Positions 1-10,885 of a DNA stretch of 64,000 nt are shown here, piece after piece. The notes under the pieces are model-generated. The model saw nothing but the letters and a program-made list of their open reading frames with translations, did no database searches and was not told where the DNA came from. The stretch spans positions 27,528-91,527 of the forward strand of contig JBKQWB010000003.1 of the NCBI GenBank assembly GCA_052139735.1. The letters are read 5' to 3'. Every line of letters starts with the position of its first letter. The stretch's first letter is position 1. The position numbers were made by a program, and so were the translations under genes. The stretch is from Smithella sp. GTDB lineage: Bacteria > Desulfobacterota > Syntrophia > Syntrophales > Smithellaceae.

Positions 1-210
1 CAGATCGCCCTCCACTTTACCCTCTTTATCGATGATGCCTCTGATCGCCGATATTTCGGAGTCGGCCAGTTCGTCAGTCTTTGTATCCGGGCTAACACCT
101 GAATCTTTCAGGATTTGCTTTGACCTTGTTTTGCCGATACCATAAATATAAGTTAAAGCAACTTCCATTCTTTTATTTTTCGGTAAATCAACACCTGAAA
201 TTCGTGCCAC
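1..210 (-). CDS. rpsM: 30S ribosomal protein S13, N-terminal 70 codons (gene runs off the left edge)
   Basis: Hand translation of the reverse strand from GTG at 210 gives [39 protein letters not shown]..., a typical S13 N-terminus. It sits downstream of rpmJ as usual. Confidence 0.9.
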   Translation of the reverse strand, partial: MARISGVDLPKNKRMEVALTYIYGIGKTRSKQILKDSGVSPDTKTDELADSEISAIRGIIDKEGKVEGDL

Positions 211-235
211 CTATAAACCTCCTGAATGTTAAAAA

Positions 236-349
236 CTAGCCCTGACGCTGCTTATGCTTGGGGTTTTCGCAGATAACCCGCAAAACTCCCTTGCGTTTGA
301 CTATTTTGCATTTCTCACATATTTTTTTCACTGACGATCTTACTTTCAC
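236..349 (-). CDS. rpmJ: 50S ribosomal protein L36 (37 aa, zinc-binding form)
   Basis: Too short for the ORF track. Reverse strand from GTG 349 to TAG 236 gives [37 protein letters not shown]. Lies in the infA-rpmJ-rpsM order. Confidence 0.92.
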   Translation of the reverse strand: MKVRSSVKKICEKCKIVKRKGVLRVICENPKHKQRQG

Positions 350-384
350 GATTTTGACTCCTTATTTTCAGTAAAAAAATATTT

Positions 385-603
385 TTACTTAGTTCTATAA
401 GTAATTCTGCCCCGGGTTAAATCATAAGGGGAAAGTTCTACCGTCACTTTATCCCCCGGCAATATCTTGATAAAATGCATACGCATTTTACCGGATATAT
501 GAGCTAACACTTTATGCCCGTTTTCGAGCTCTACTCTGAACATCGCATTGGGTAACGGCTCAATAACCCGACCTTCAACTTCTATTGCTTCCTCTTTGGC
601 CAT
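385..603 (-). CDS. infA: Translation initiation factor IF-1
   Basis: 72-aa [33 protein letters not shown]..., a canonical IF-1 sequence in the expected position. Confidence 0.97.
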   Translation of the reverse strand: MAKEEAIEVEGRVIEPLPNAMFRVELENGHKVLAHISGKMRMHFIKILPGDKVTVELSPYDLTRGRITYRTK

Positions 604-653
604 ACTCTTTATCTGTCACTTAAATAATTTTACCTTTCAAATCAAGGAAATCA

Positions 654-1406
654 TCAATTCAATTTACTTAATATGTCCGGTCCGTTATCAGTAATTGCTA
701 CCGAGTGCTCAAAATGAGCCGATAAACTTCCATCCTCTGTAATCACTGTCCAGCCATCCGGTAAAACCTTTACTTTATATTTACCGGCATTTACCATCGG
801 CTCAATGGCCAAAATCATACCTCTTTTCAGTTCTATTCCTCGTCCTTTTTTCCCAAAATTAGGAATCTGCGGATCTTCATGCAGATTTTTACCTATTCCA
901 TGACCAACAAAATCTCTGACTACCGAATAACCCGCATCTTCCACTACATATTGAACAGCAGCTGATATATCGCCCAGTCTATTACCATCTTTTGCTTGTT
1001 CTATACCTGCGTATAGACTCTGTTCAGTAACTTGTATAAGCCTTAAAGCTTTTTCATTCACCTTGCCTACCGGCAACGTTATAGTCGCATCACCGAAAAA
1101 ACCCTGATAACAAACACCAAAATCAAGTCCCACAATATCGCCTTCTTTCAATACACTCTCTTCTGAAGGCATCCCGTGTACTACTACTTCATTTACCGAT
1201 ATACAAAGGGAATAAGGATAACCATGGTAACCTTTAAATGCCGGCTTGGCTCCTCTTTTTTTGGAAATTTCCTCGGCAAATCTATCCAAGTCCCTTGTTC
1301 TAACACCCGGCCTTACTTTTTCCCTGAGCTTACTTAAAACCTCTGCAACGATACGATTACTTGCTCTCGCTTTTTCAATTTCATCCGGAAGTTTCAAAAT
1401 TACCAT
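654..1406 (-). CDS. map: Type I methionine aminopeptidase
   Basis: 250-aa ORF with MetAP metal-ligand context (GDIVGLDFG, HGIGKNLHEDPQIPNF, ILAIEPM). Lies directly after secY. Confidence 0.95.
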   Translation of the reverse strand: MVILKLPDEIEKARASNRIVAEVLSKLREKVRPGVRTRDLDRFAEEISKKRGAKPAFKGYHGYPYSLCISVNEVVVHGMPSEESVLKEGDIVGLDFGVCYQGFFGDATITLPVGKVNEKALRLIQVTEQSLYAGIEQAKDGNRLGDISAAVQYVVEDAGYSVVRDFVGHGIGKNLHEDPQIPNFGKKGRGIELKRGMILAIEPMVNAGKYKVKVLPDGWTVITEDGSLSAHFEHSVAITDNGPDILSKLN

Positions 1407-1429
1407 TATTAATAACCAACAATCTTCCG

Positions 1430-2737
1430 TTATCTCCTGCGGGCAATATGTCCCTTTTTCATGAACCCTTCGTATTGCCTTGTAAGTAAATGCGATTCAA
1501 CTTGACTGGCTGTATCCATTGCCACACCAACAACAATCAAGAGCGCCGTTCCACCAAAATAAAAAGGAACATTCAGTTGAGCAATTAGAACGCTGGGCAG
1601 CACACAAACTATGGAAACGTAAATGGCCCCGCTAAAAGTTAGTCTTTCCAGAACGTTTTCAATATATTCAGCTGTTTTTTTACCTGGCCTTATACCCGGC
1701 ACATAACCGCCAAATTTTTTCATATTGTCGGCAACATCATCTGGTTTAAAAGTAACTGCCGTGTAAAAGAAACAAAAGAAAAAGATAAGAGCCACATAAA
1801 GAATTTCATAAACAAACTGACCTGGTTTTAAATGTCCGGCAATAGTTTGCATCCAGCCCTGCGGCGCAAAATTTGCAATGGTAGCCGGAAACATAATAAC
1901 CGATGATGCAAAAATCGGAGGAATAACACCTGAAGTATTTACCTTCAGAGGCAAATGTGTGGTCTGACCACCATACATTTTACGCCCAACTATTCTTTTA
2001 GCATATTGCACGGGAATGCGGCGTTGGCCACCTTCAACAAAAACAATTGCGCCAACCACTAATACCATTAACATGGTAATAAACAAAATGACCAATACGC
2101 CCAGTTCACCGGCTGCAGCCAATCTGAATGTACTGCCAATTGCCGCAGGTATTCGACAAATAATACCGGCAAAAATTATCAGCGATATACCGTTGCCTAT
2201 ACCTTTTTCCGTAATTGTCTCACCAAGCCACATAATAAAGGCTGTACCGGAAGTCAAAGTTATAACTGTCAGGATTATAAACGACCAGCCCGACTGCAAA
2301 ACAATCGGAGCACCCGAGGGGCCACTCATTTGCTGCAACCCAATAGCAATACCAAAACCCTGAATCATACTTAAAAGAACTGTTCCATAACGGGTGTATT
2401 GCGTAATTTTGCGCCGTCCCGTTTCTCCTTCTTTAGAAAGCCTTTCCAGATGAGGAACAGCAATAGTTAATAACTGCAAAATAATCGAAGAACTAATATA
2501 GGGCATAATGCCCAAAGCAAAAATGGAAAAGTGACTAAAAGCTCCACCGGCAAACATGTCCATCAAGCCAAACAAGGAAGTTTTTGCATGTTCAAAATAA
2601 GCCAGTAATGCCACATTATCAATTCCCGGAGTAGGAATATATACACCGATTCGATAAACACCTAAAAGAAGGATCGTGAATAAAACCCTTCTTTGCAATT
2701 CCGGAATTTTGGATACGGTACCCAGCCCTTCTAACAA
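1430..2737 (-). CDS. secY: Preprotein translocase subunit SecY
   Basis: 435-aa multi-TM ORF (ELQRRVLFTILLLGVYRIG..., GIMPYISSSIILQLL). TTG start at 2737, right after the rplO stop. Confidence 0.96.
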   Translation of the reverse strand: MLEGLGTVSKIPELQRRVLFTILLLGVYRIGVYIPTPGIDNVALLAYFEHAKTSLFGLMDMFAGGAFSHFSIFALGIMPYISSSIILQLLTIAVPHLERLSKEGETGRRKITQYTRYGTVLLSMIQGFGIAIGLQQMSGPSGAPIVLQSGWSFIILTVITLTSGTAFIMWLGETITEKGIGNGISLIIFAGIICRIPAAIGSTFRLAAAGELGVLVILFITMLMVLVVGAIVFVEGGQRRIPVQYAKRIVGRKMYGGQTTHLPLKVNTSGVIPPIFASSVIMFPATIANFAPQGWMQTIAGHLKPGQFVYEILYVALIFFFCFFYTAVTFKPDDVADNMKKFGGYVPGIRPGKKTAEYIENVLERLTFSGAIYVSIVCVLPSVLIAQLNVPFYFGGTALLIVVGVAMDTASQVESHLLTRQYEGFMKKGHIARRR

Positions 2738-2738
2738 A

Positions 2739-3185
2739 TTATATTACCTCTTCTATTGAACCACCGGCGGCGGTTATTTTGTTTTTCGCAGCCTGACTGA
2801 TTTTATTTAGTTTTAAGGTGACGGGGAAATTAATTTCGCCCTTGGCCAAAATCTTAATGTTGCTGTTTTTTTTCTTTACAATGCCACTTTGTAAAAGAGC
2901 CGCTTCATCAATAACCGCTCCTTTACTGAATTTCCGGCACAAGTCCAAAATGTTTACCGCAACGAATTTTTCACGGAAAAGATTACGGAAGCCCCGTTTG
3001 GGCAAGCGGCGGGCCATCGGCATTTGTCCACCTTCAAATCCAGCTCTCACCTTTCCACCAGAGCGAGCCTTTTGTCCCTTATCACCTTTGCCGGATGTTC
3101 CGCCATGACCGGAAGCATCACCACGCCCAACGCGCTTCCGTTTTTTTGTCGCACCGGCAGGAGATTTCAACGAACCCAAATCCAT
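2739..3185 (-). CDS. rplO: 50S ribosomal protein L15
   Basis: 148-aa ORF with Gly/Lys-rich N-terminus (KRVGRGDASGHGGTSGKG), in the spc operon order. Confidence 0.95.
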   Translation of the reverse strand: MDLGSLKSPAGATKKRKRVGRGDASGHGGTSGKGDKGQKARSGGKVRAGFEGGQMPMARRLPKRGFRNLFREKFVAVNILDLCRKFSKGAVIDEAALLQSGIVKKKNSNIKILAKGEINFPVTLKLNKISQAAKNKITAAGGSIEEVI

Positions 3186-3188
3186 ATA

Positions 3189-3368
3189 CTACTCCTTTGA
3201 TTCTTCCACAGAGACTAAATGAATAACCTTATTTATCATACCGCGTACCTGCGGCGTATCAGCTAAAGTTACTGTGCTATTTAATTTGTTCAGTCCCATT
3301 CCTCTTAAAACTTTTCTATGCTTTTCAGGACGACCGATCTCGCTTTTTACTTTTTTAATTTTCAACAT
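3189..3368 (-). CDS. rpmD: 50S ribosomal protein L30
   Basis: The ORF-track entry 3189-3431 is over-extended. The internal ATG at 3368 gives the 59-aa protein MLKIKKVKSEIGRPEKHRKVLRGMGL..., typical of L30, and avoids overlap with rpsE. Confidence 0.88.
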   Translation of the reverse strand: MLKIKKVKSEIGRPEKHRKVLRGMGLNKLNSTVTLADTPQVRGMINKVIHLVSVEESKE

Positions 3369-3408
3369 CTTACCCACTCTAATCCACCTCATCGTATGGT
3401 TGACAAGA

Positions 3409-3888
3409 CTACTTGCCTCTTTGCAACGCAATTTCCTCTGGATTTTTCAACTGACAAAGGCCTTCAAGAGTGGCTTTCACCAGATTATGCGGATTATGAG
3501 ATCCCAGGCATTTCGTTAAAATATTATGCACACCGGCAACTTCCAACACTGCCCTTACAGCTCCACCCGCAATCAAACCTGTTCCTTCGGATGCCGGTTT
3601 TAACAGAACTTTGCCCGCGCCAGCGCGACCAATTACTTCATAAGGAATCGTTCTTCCCACAATGGCAACTTTCACCATATTTTTCTTGGCCATGTCCATG
3701 CCCTTGCGGATAGCTTCCGGCACTTCATGAGCTTTACCCAATCCCGTCCCGATCATACCTTTGCCATCGCCTATAACAACAATGGCGCTGAAACGAAAAC
3801 GCCTGCCGCCCTTGACTACCTTCGCCGTTCTGTTAATGGCAACAACCCTGTCAAGGAATTCCACATCTTTCATTTCTCTCTTATCCAA
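3409..3888 (-). CDS. rpsE: 30S ribosomal protein S5
   Basis: 159-aa ORF ([30 protein letters not shown]), an S5 signature in operon position. Confidence 0.96.
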   Translation of the reverse strand: MDKREMKDVEFLDRVVAINRTAKVVKGGRRFRFSAIVVIGDGKGMIGTGLGKAHEVPEAIRKGMDMAKKNMVKVAIVGRTIPYEVIGRAGAGKVLLKPASEGTGLIAGGAVRAVLEVAGVHNILTKCLGSHNPHNLVKATLEGLCQLKNPEEIALQRGK

Positions 3889-3923
3889 AGATTCTTCCTT
3901 TATTATCGATTATTATTTAGTAA

Positions 3924-4289
3924 TTAAAATTTCAGACCACTTTCCCTTGCGGCATCCGCTAATGCCTTTACGCGGCCATGATAAAGAAATCTCCCTCTGT
4001 CAAAAACTACTTTATCAATTCCGATGGCTTGTAATCGCTGTGCGATTAATTTGCCTACTTCCCTGGCTATATCTACTTTCTTCTTGTCTTGAATCTTTTT
4101 AGCTAATTCTTTACACAGAGTAGATGCCGTTGCCAACGTGCTCGCCTGTGTATCATTGATGGCTTGAGCATAAATATGCTTATCACTCCGAAATACGGAA
4201 AGACGAGGCTTTTCTTGTGTTCCGACAAGTTTTGCCCTTGTTCTTTTCTCTCTTTTTTCTCTGATCTTTAATGTCTTTTTGGAAGCCAA
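3924..4289 (-). CDS. rplR: 50S ribosomal protein L18
   Basis: 121-aa ORF ([19 protein letters not shown]..., [28 protein letters not shown]). Confidence 0.96.
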   Translation of the reverse strand: MASKKTLKIREKREKRTRAKLVGTQEKPRLSVFRSDKHIYAQAINDTQASTLATASTLCKELAKKIQDKKKVDIAREVGKLIAQRLQAIGIDKVVFDRGRFLYHGRVKALADAARESGLKF

Positions 4290-4327
4290 TGTTCTACCTC
4301 TTTACGGGTATATAATTTTTTACTTAA

Positions 4328-4867
4328 TTAAGCGCTCGCCGACTTACCGGCCTTACGCTTAATATATTCGTCAGCATATTTAATGCCTTTGCCCTTGTAA
4401 GGCTCAGGTTTTTTTAACGCTCTGATTTCCGCGGCAACCCTGCCAACTAATTCCTTATCAATACCGGAAACGACTATATTAACTTGTTTGTCCACTTTAA
4501 CATCTATTCCCTTGGGAATATCGTACTGCACAGGACTTGAAAAGCCTAAAATAAACTTTAAGCTCTTATCAGCAAATTCAGCGCGATAACCGACGCCGGA
4601 TATTTCCAGCTTTTTTTCAAAACCAGTCGTGACACCCGTCACCATGTTTCCTACTAAGGTTCTTGTTAAGCCATGATAAGACCGCACACGTAATTCTTCA
4701 GAGGTTCTTTCAACTACTAAGTTGCCGTCGCCTATTTTGATAGTAATTCCTTCCGGCAATTTAGAAGACAGTGTCCCTTTGGGACCTTCGACTTTAACTA
4801 AACCAGCGCTTTGGCTGATTTTAACATTCTTGGAAAAAGTTATTGGTTTTTTACCTATTCTCGACAT
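4328..4867 (-). CDS. rplF: 50S ribosomal protein L6
   Basis: ORF 4328-4873 begins at TTG. The ATG at 4867 gives MSRIGKKPITFS..., the usual L6 N-terminus. Confidence 0.93.
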   Translation of the reverse strand: MSRIGKKPITFSKNVKISQSAGLVKVEGPKGTLSSKLPEGITIKIGDGNLVVERTSEELRVRSYHGLTRTLVGNMVTGVTTGFEKKLEISGVGYRAEFADKSLKFILGFSSPVQYDIPKGIDVKVDKQVNIVVSGIDKELVGRVAAEIRALKKPEPYKGKGIKYADEYIKRKAGKSASA

Positions 4868-4903
4868 GAACAAGCGCTCCTGCTTAATATCATTTTTTGA
4901 AAA

Positions 4904-5305
4904 TTACCAAACGTTACAAAGAATTTCACCGCCAACGTTTAATTCCCTGGCTTCCGCATCAGTAATAACTCCTTTTGAAGTCGAGAGAATAGAAATTCCC
5001 AAACCATTCAAAACTTTAGGAATGCTGTCTGAAGCAACATAAACCCTGCGGCCCGGCTTACTGATTCTTTTAATATTTGTAATCACGGTACGTTTGGCAT
5101 CAGGATATTTAAGAATGATTTCTATCATCTGCTGGCCATTTTCATTTTTTACATTATCATAATTACTGACATAACCAGCCTTCTTCAATACCTTGGCAAT
5201 ATTAATATTCATCTGGGACATATTAATATTCACCGCTTTGAAACGGGCCTTATTCGCGTTTCTGATTCTGGTTAACATATCGGCAATAGGATCAGTCATT
5301 CCCAT
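4904..5305 (-). CDS. rpsH: 30S ribosomal protein S8
   Basis: 133-aa ORF (MTDPIADMLTRIRNA motif). A GGAG sits 8 nt upstream of the ATG at 5305. Confidence 0.95.
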   Translation of the reverse strand: MGMTDPIADMLTRIRNANKARFKAVNINMSQMNINIAKVLKKAGYVSNYDNVKNENGQQMIEIILKYPDAKRTVITNIKRISKPGRRVYVASDSIPKVLNGLGISILSTSKGVITDAEARELNVGGEILCNVW

Positions 5306-5328
5306 GCTTTTTTCTCCTTAAACTAAAG

Positions 5329-5514
5329 TTACCAACTCGATTTTATTACCCCGGGAAGTTCTCCCTGCAGGGCAAGTTTACGCAAACAAATTCTGCACAT
5401 ATCAAATTTTCTGTAATATGCTCGCGGCCGTCCGCAAAGCGGGCACCGGTTATATTGCCTAACCGAAAATTTCATTTCCCTCTTCGCTTTTACAATTAAT
5501 GACTTCTTTGCCAC
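5329..5514 (-). CDS. rpsN: 30S ribosomal protein S14, short type-Z zinc-binding form (61 aa)
   Basis: 61-aa ORF with [20 protein letters not shown] (CxxC..CxxC), lying between rplE and rpsH. Confidence 0.95.
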   Translation of the reverse strand: MAKKSLIVKAKREMKFSVRQYNRCPLCGRPRAYYRKFDMCRICLRKLALQGELPGVIKSSW

Positions 5515-5541
5515 ATCAAATTCCTCCGGAGCTTCACTAAA

Positions 5542-6081
5542 TTATTGTTTAAAAGGAACCCCCATCAGCTTTAGTAAAAACCTGGCTTCCGCATCAGTTT
5601 TTGCTGTAGTCACGATGGTAATATTCATTCCTCTTACTTTATCCACTTTATCATATTCAATTTCAGGGAAAATAATTTGTTCCTGTAAACCTATAGAAAA
5701 ATTCCCCCTGCCGTCAAACGCATTGGGTGATATACCACGAAAATCTCTTACTTTGGGCAACGCGGCATTGACCAGACGATCAAAAAATTCATACATATTG
5801 CTTTTTCTTAAGATAACCGAACAACCAATGGGCATGCCCTGCCTCAACTTGAACGTCGCTATGGATTTCTTTGCCTTGTTTATTACTGGTTTTTGTCCGG
5901 TAATAGCAGCCAACTCCTGCACGGCGCCATCAATAATCTTTACATTTTGAATGGCTTCGCCTAGACCCATATTGATGACAATCTTTTCCATTTTCGGCAC
6001 CTGCATCGGATTTTTATAATTAAATTCCTTTGTCAGAGCCGGAACTACCTTTTCCAAATAATAATCTTTTAGTCTTGCCAT
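5542..6081 (-). CDS. rplE: 50S ribosomal protein L5
   Basis: 179-aa ORF ([30 protein letters not shown]...). Confidence 0.96.
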   Translation of the reverse strand: MARLKDYYLEKVVPALTKEFNYKNPMQVPKMEKIVINMGLGEAIQNVKIIDGAVQELAAITGQKPVINKAKKSIATFKLRQGMPIGCSVILRKSNMYEFFDRLVNAALPKVRDFRGISPNAFDGRGNFSIGLQEQIIFPEIEYDKVDKVRGMNITIVTTAKTDAEARFLLKLMGVPFKQ

Positions 6082-6087
6082 TTTTAT

Positions 6088-6411
6088 TTAACCTACATTA
6101 ATTACGTCGTTGCATTTACTGCAGATGCGTACCTTCTTCCCATCATCGAGCTTTTTGCTCTTTATCCTAACAGCGGCATTGCATTTGTTACAAATCAATC
6201 CGGCTTTAGAAATATGAATCGCCCCTTCTTTTTCCACAATACCACCTTTGCTTTTCTGATCCGGTCTTGTATGTTTCTTAATTAAATTAACTTTTTCTAT
6301 TACTATTTTGTTTTTCTCGGGAATAACCGTTAATACTTTACCCGTCTTGCCTTTATCTTTGCCAGCAAGAACTTTAACCATATCCCCTTTTTTCAATTTG
6401 CTTAAACTCAT
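6088..6411 (-). CDS. rplX: 50S ribosomal protein L24 with C-terminal four-Cys ribbon
   Basis: KOW motif GDMVKVLAGKDKGKTGKV. The ATG at 6411 with an upstream GAGGGA is preferred over the TTG at 6426. C-terminus has CNKC..(17)..CSKC. Confidence 0.92.
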   Translation of the reverse strand: MSLSKLKKGDMVKVLAGKDKGKTGKVLTVIPEKNKIVIEKVNLIKKHTRPDQKSKGGIVEKEGAIHISKAGLICNKCNAAVRIKSKKLDDGKKVRICSKCNDVINVG

Positions 6412-6433
6412 TTTTTCCCTCTGCAAAGCATTT

Positions 6434-6802
6434 TTACAAAACTTCTGGCGCTAGAGATATAATTTTCATGAACTGTTTTGCTCTTAGCTCACGAGCAACA
6501 GGTCCAAAAATTCTTGTTCCAACTGGTTCCATCTGATTAGAAATTAAAACCGCCGAATTATCATCAAACTTCAAATAAGAGCCGTCCGGCCTTTTTACTT
6601 CCTTAACTGTCCGAACGATAACTGCTTTTATCACGTCGCCTTTTTTAACTTTGGAATTCGGAATTGCTTCCTTTACCGAAACCACAATAACATCACCCAA
6701 ACTTGCGTAACGCCGCTTCGATCCACCCAGCACTTTAATACAAGCAACTTTTTTAGCACCGGAATTATCCGCAACATTTAATACAGTCTGCATCTGAATC
6801 AT
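6434..6802 (-). CDS. rplN: 50S ribosomal protein L14
   Basis: 122-aa [21 protein letters not shown]..., canonical L14. Confidence 0.97.
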   Translation of the reverse strand: MIQMQTVLNVADNSGAKKVACIKVLGGSKRRYASLGDVIVVSVKEAIPNSKVKKGDVIKAVIVRTVKEVKRPDGSYLKFDDNSAVLISNQMEPVGTRIFGPVARELRAKQFMKIISLAPEVL

Positions 6803-6846
6803 AAAGAAATCCTCATCAAACTACTTGTCCAAACAAGTCAATCAAT

Positions 6847-7104
6847 CTATTTTGCTTTATTTAATATTTCCAGCATACGCCAGCGTTTTTCTTTACTCAA
6901 GGGTCTTGACTCAATAATCAAAACCGTATCTCCCAGTTTGCTCTGATTTTTTTCATCATGAGCCTTATATTTCAAGTGCTTACGAACATATTTATGAAAA
7001 ATAGGATGTTTTACCAAGCGCTCTGCTTTAACCACTATTGTCTTATCCATCTTGTTACTTACAACTACGCCCTTAATAGTGCGTTTATTACCCCTCTCAG
7101 CCAT
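6847..7104 (-). CDS. rpsQ: 30S ribosomal protein S17
   Basis: 85-aa ORF (KGVVVSNKMDKTIVVKAERLVKHPIFHKY). Confidence 0.95.
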   Translation of the reverse strand: MAERGNKRTIKGVVVSNKMDKTIVVKAERLVKHPIFHKYVRKHLKYKAHDEKNQSKLGDTVLIIESRPLSKEKRWRMLEILNKAK

Positions 7105-7107
7105 GCG

Positions 7108-7302
7108 TTATCCTGCAGCCTCCTTTTCCTTCAACACGGTGTTGACACGGGCAATATCTTTACGGAAGCGCGCAAGCATCACTGTTGATTCCAATTGCCC
7201 TGATGAATGTCTAATCTTTAATCTAAAAAGTTCTTCACTTAAGTCAGCGATCTTTTGTTTGAGCCCGCTTACATCGAGAGCTCTGATTTCATTAATTTTC
7301 AT
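7108..7302 (-). CDS. rpmC: 50S ribosomal protein L29
   Basis: 64-aa ORF ([29 protein letters not shown]), in operon position. Confidence 0.94.
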   Translation of the reverse strand: MKINEIRALDVSGLKQKIADLSEELFRLKIRHSSGQLESTVMLARFRKDIARVNTVLKEKEAAG

Positions 7303-7714
7303 CAGATATCTCCCTGGATAAAAATTTAGTTGCTATGGATAATTTATGAGCTGCCAGGCGAAATGCTTCTTTGGCAACGTCTCTCGTTACGCCTTCCATT
7401 TCATATAGAACCGAACCGGGTTTAACCACAGCTACCCATCCTTCGGGAGCGCCCTTTCCTTTACCCATACGGGTTTCGGCGGGTTTGCTCGTCACTGATT
7501 TATGAGGAAACACTCTTATCCAAATCCTTCCGCCACGCTTGACGTGACGAGTCATGGCAACACGAGCGGCTTCGATTTGTCTTGCAGTAATCCAGCCGCA
7601 TTCTGCCGCCTGCAATCCGTATTCACCAAAAGCAATTGAACTTCCCCTTGTTGCTTTGCCACCCATTCGGCCTTTTTGCAACTTTCTATATTTTACCCTT
7701 TTCGGCATTAACAT
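7292..7714 (-). CDS. rplP: 50S ribosomal protein L16
   Basis: 140-aa [28 protein letters not shown].... Confidence 0.97.
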   Translation of the reverse strand: MLMPKRVKYRKLQKGRMGGKATRGSSIAFGEYGLQAAECGWITARQIEAARVAMTRHVKRGGRIWIRVFPHKSVTSKPAETRMGKGKGAPEGWVAVVKPGSVLYEMEGVTRDVAKEAFRLAAHKLSIATKFLSREISDEN

Positions 7715-7796
7715 AAGCTAAACTCCCGTTATTCCTACCTATATAATTCCTTACTCGGCATAATCCAGATCAATAAACCGGCAGGGAAGACGAACT

Positions 7797-8438
7797 TTAT
7801 TTTTTATTCTTCGTTGGTAAAACTTCTCCGTGGAAAATAAAAACCTTAACTCCTATCAATCCGTAAGCCGTGCTGGCCTCGGTAAATCCATAATCAATAT
7901 CAGCTCGTAATGTATGTAACGGCACGCGACCTTCCCTATACCATTCCGATCGCGACATTTCTGCGCCGCCTAATCTTCCGGAACAGGCTATTTTTATTCC
8001 CTTGGCACCAAATTTTAAGGCGTAACCTACACATTTCTTCATCGCGCGACGAAATGCAACTCTTTTCTCCAGTTGCATAGCAACATTTTCCGCAACAAGC
8101 TGGGCATCTACTTCCGGTTTTCGTATTTCTAAAATATTGACAATAATTTCCGATTGCGTAAACTTTTCTACTTCAGATTTTAGTTTTTCGATTTCGGAAC
8201 CTTTTTTACCTATTATTACACCGGGTCTGGCCGAGTAAATATTTACCTTGGCTTTATTGGCTGCTCTTTCAATTTCAATCTTAGAAATGCCTGCATGATA
8301 CAGCTTTTTCTTGAGGTACTTTCTGATCTGTAAATCCTCATGCAATACTTCGCTATATTTTTTATCGGCGAACCATACTGATTGCCACTTCTTAATGTAG
8401 CCTAATCGTAATCCTACCGGGTTAACCTTCTGACCCAA
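7797..8438 (-). CDS. rpsC: 30S ribosomal protein S3
   Basis: 213-aa ORF ([21 protein letters not shown] domain) with TTG start after GGAGG. An unusually long 82-nt gap separates it from rplP. Confidence 0.96.
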   Translation of the reverse strand: MGQKVNPVGLRLGYIKKWQSVWFADKKYSEVLHEDLQIRKYLKKKLYHAGISKIEIERAANKAKVNIYSARPGVIIGKKGSEIEKLKSEVEKFTQSEIIVNILEIRKPEVDAQLVAENVAMQLEKRVAFRRAMKKCVGYALKFGAKGIKIACSGRLGGAEMSRSEWYREGRVPLHTLRADIDYGFTEASTAYGLIGVKVFIFHGEVLPTKNKK

Positions 8439-8450
8439 TATCGTACCTCC

Positions 8451-8783
8451 TTACATTTCATCCAAAATAACTGTAATATGTGAACTTCTCTTTTTAATAC
8501 CTGCCGCTCTTCCTTGTGCTCTTGCCCGCCAACGTTTTAATGACGGCCCTTGATCTACGAAGATTTCCTTTACATAAAGAACATTTTCGTCAATGTTAGG
8601 ATTTTGGGCGGCATTGGCAACAGCGGATTTCAGCACATTAGCAACGATACCTGCCGCATATTTTCTGGTGTAAAGAAGGATATTGCGTGCTTCCTGCACC
8701 TTTTTTCCTCTTATTAGATCAACCACAAGTCTAACTTTCTGTGATGACATCCTTATATGTTTTGCAACTGCTTTTGCTTCCAT
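8451..8783 (-). CDS. rplV: 50S ribosomal protein L22
   Basis: 110-aa ORF ([23 protein letters not shown]). Confidence 0.96.
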   Translation of the reverse strand: MEAKAVAKHIRMSSQKVRLVVDLIRGKKVQEARNILLYTRKYAAGIVANVLKSAVANAAQNPNIDENVLYVKEIFVDQGPSLKRWRARAQGRAAGIKKRSSHITVILDEM

Positions 8784-8809
8784 ATTTATCCTCTGTGTCT
8801 TCGGAATAT

Positions 8810-9091
8810 CTAAGCGTGAACTTTCGTCTTTCGATCACCTGAATGCGAATAAAAAATTCTTGTCGGCGCAAATTCACCAAGTTTGTGCCCCACCATATTT
8901 TCTGTCACATAAACAGGAATGAACTTTTTTCCATTATGAACGGCAAAAGTATAACCGATCAGTTCCGGTGTTATGGTCGAACGCCGCGACCAAGTCTTTA
9001 TGACATTCTTGTTGCCTTCAGCTTCCATCTTTCTGGTTTTTGCCAGCAACCTTTCTTCAATATATGGACCTTTTTTGACCGAACGTGCCAC
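8810..9091 (-). CDS. rpsS: 30S ribosomal protein S19
   Basis: 93-aa [19 protein letters not shown]... [15 protein letters not shown]. Confidence 0.97.
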   Translation of the reverse strand: MARSVKKGPYIEERLLAKTRKMEAEGNKNVIKTWSRRSTITPELIGYTFAVHNGKKFIPVYVTENMVGHKLGEFAPTRIFYSHSGDRKTKVHA

Positions 9092-9096
9092 GCTTT

Positions 9097-9918
9097 TTAA
9101 CCCCTTCTCTTGATAATATATTTATCAGTTCTCTTGTTCTTCCTCGTTTTGTGACCCTTTGTTGGAATACCCCATGGCGTACAGGGATGCCTGCCGCCTG
9201 AAGACTTACCTTCGCCACCACCCATGGGGTGGTCGACCGGATTCATCACGACACCACGATTGTGTGGTTTCTTACCTAACCAACGTTTTCTTCCGGCTTT
9301 ACCGATACTGATATTTTCATGCTCATTGTTTCCCACTTGTCCAATGGTCGCCATGCAGTCAATAAATACTTTGCGCACTTCGCCTGACGGAAGTCGAACT
9401 TGAGCATAATTTTCTTCTTTTGCCATTAACTGACCATAAGCACCGGCAGATCTTATTAATTGTCCGCCGCGGCCAACCTTTAATTCCACATTATGAATTA
9501 ATGACCCCAAAGGAATATTTTTTAGTGGTACGGCATTACCTGGCTTAATATCGGACTTATCACCACTGAATAAAACATCTCCGACATTAACTTGCGCCGG
9601 CGCGACAATATATCTTTTTTCGCCATCCCGATAATTAAGCAGAGCAATTCTTGCCGTTCTGTTTGGATCGTATTCTATTGTGGCAACCGTAGCAGGGATA
9701 TCGGCTTTGTTGCGGCAAAAATCTATCACTCTATATTTTTGTTTATGACCGCCGCCAATAAAACGGGCTGTAATTCTCCCATAAGAATTACGGCCGCCTT
9801 TCTTCTTTAATGGCCTCAGCAGCCTTTTCACCGGCTCTGAAGAAGTAATCTCTGCAAAATCCGAAACACTTTGAAATCTTCTGCCCGGTGATGTTGGTTT
9901 ATACTTAATAATTCCCAT
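9097..9918 (-). CDS. rplB: 50S ribosomal protein L2
   Basis: 273-aa ORF ([15 protein letters not shown]..., [15 protein letters not shown]). Confidence 0.97.
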   Translation of the reverse strand: MGIIKYKPTSPGRRFQSVSDFAEITSSEPVKRLLRPLKKKGGRNSYGRITARFIGGGHKQKYRVIDFCRNKADIPATVATIEYDPNRTARIALLNYRDGEKRYIVAPAQVNVGDVLFSGDKSDIKPGNAVPLKNIPLGSLIHNVELKVGRGGQLIRSAGAYGQLMAKEENYAQVRLPSGEVRKVFIDCMATIGQVGNNEHENISIGKAGRKRWLGKKPHNRGVVMNPVDHPMGGGEGKSSGGRHPCTPWGIPTKGHKTRKNKRTDKYIIKRRG

Positions 9919-9953
9919 CAGTCTAATCCTTAGTCTAATCCTTAAACCAATTC

Positions 9954-10241
9954 TTATACGCCTTCAGCAAATTCGATACTGCTGCCGGCATTTAAAGTCA
10001 CTATAGCTTTTTTCCAGGAACTCTTTTGACCCACAACTCTTCCCATTCTTTTCTTTTTTCCCAAAACCTGTATAACATGAACGTCAACAACTTTGACTTT
10101 AAAAAGCTTTTCCACTGCTTTAGTTATTTCGACTTTATTTGCCTTGCGATCGACTTCAAAGAAATATTTATTCGATGTCTCCCGCGCAGTTGTGCTTTTT
10201 TCCGTAGTCAGTATTTTCTTAATAACTTTATTAATTTCCAT
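9954..10241 (-). CDS. rplW: 50S ribosomal protein L23
   Basis: 95-aa ORF ([29 protein letters not shown]). Confidence 0.95.
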   Translation of the reverse strand: MEINKVIKKILTTEKSTTARETSNKYFFEVDRKANKVEITKAVEKLFKVKVVDVHVIQVLGKKKRMGRVVGQKSSWKKAIVTLNAGSSIEFAEGV

Positions 10242-10864
10242 TATACCAGCAATGCCCCCTCAATCTTTTTTACAGAGGGTTCAAGAAGGATCAAATGTTC
10301 ATGGTTTAAAATATCATAAACGTTAATGCCCTCTGACCTGACCATCTTTACATTTTTTATATTTCGCGATGACTTTAATAAAACTTCATTGTTATCATCC
10401 AGAACAAAAAGTGCTTTCTTAAGGCTAAAAAGATCAAAAACGCTTTTAAAGACGCGCGTACTGATTTTATCCATCGGAAAATCTTTCAAGACCACCACTT
10501 TGTTCTCTTTTAATTTCATACTCAAAGCTGATATCAAAGCCTTCTTACGTACCTTCTTGGGTATGCTGTAAGAGTAATCCCGGGGATGCGGACCAAAAAC
10601 AGTTCCACCACTTCTCCAGATAGGTGATCTAGACGTTCCAGATCTGGCCCGGCCGGTTCCTTTTTGACGCCAGGGTTTTTTTCCGCCGCCGCTGACATCG
10701 CTTCTCGTTTTCGTTGAGGCAGTGCCGGAACGGCGCGAGGCCAATTGCATTTTCACTACATCGTATATGATAGCTTCATTGACTTCAGCGGCAAACACAG
10801 CGTCATTCAAATCAACCTCAGCTACTTTCTTCTTTTCAATATCAAAAACATCCACAACTGCCAT
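10241..10864 (-). CDS. rplD: 50S ribosomal protein L4
   Basis: 207-aa ORF (SGGGKKPWRQKGTGRARSGTSRSPIWRSGG). Confidence 0.96.
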   Translation of the reverse strand: MAVVDVFDIEKKKVAEVDLNDAVFAAEVNEAIIYDVVKMQLASRRSGTASTKTRSDVSGGGKKPWRQKGTGRARSGTSRSPIWRSGGTVFGPHPRDYSYSIPKKVRKKALISALSMKLKENKVVVLKDFPMDKISTRVFKSVFDLFSLKKALFVLDDNNEVLLKSSRNIKNVKMVRSEGINVYDILNHEHLILLEPSVKKIEGALLV

Positions 10865-10885
10865 GTCTATAACTCCAGATGTGAC

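Noticed and set aside
6088-6200. Four-Cys C-terminal ribbon in L24 as a novelty
   Set aside because: Cys-containing L24 C-termini occur in other bacteria, for example Thermus (CPACGKPTRV...CAKCG). It is a known variant, so it is kept only as a low-interest note.
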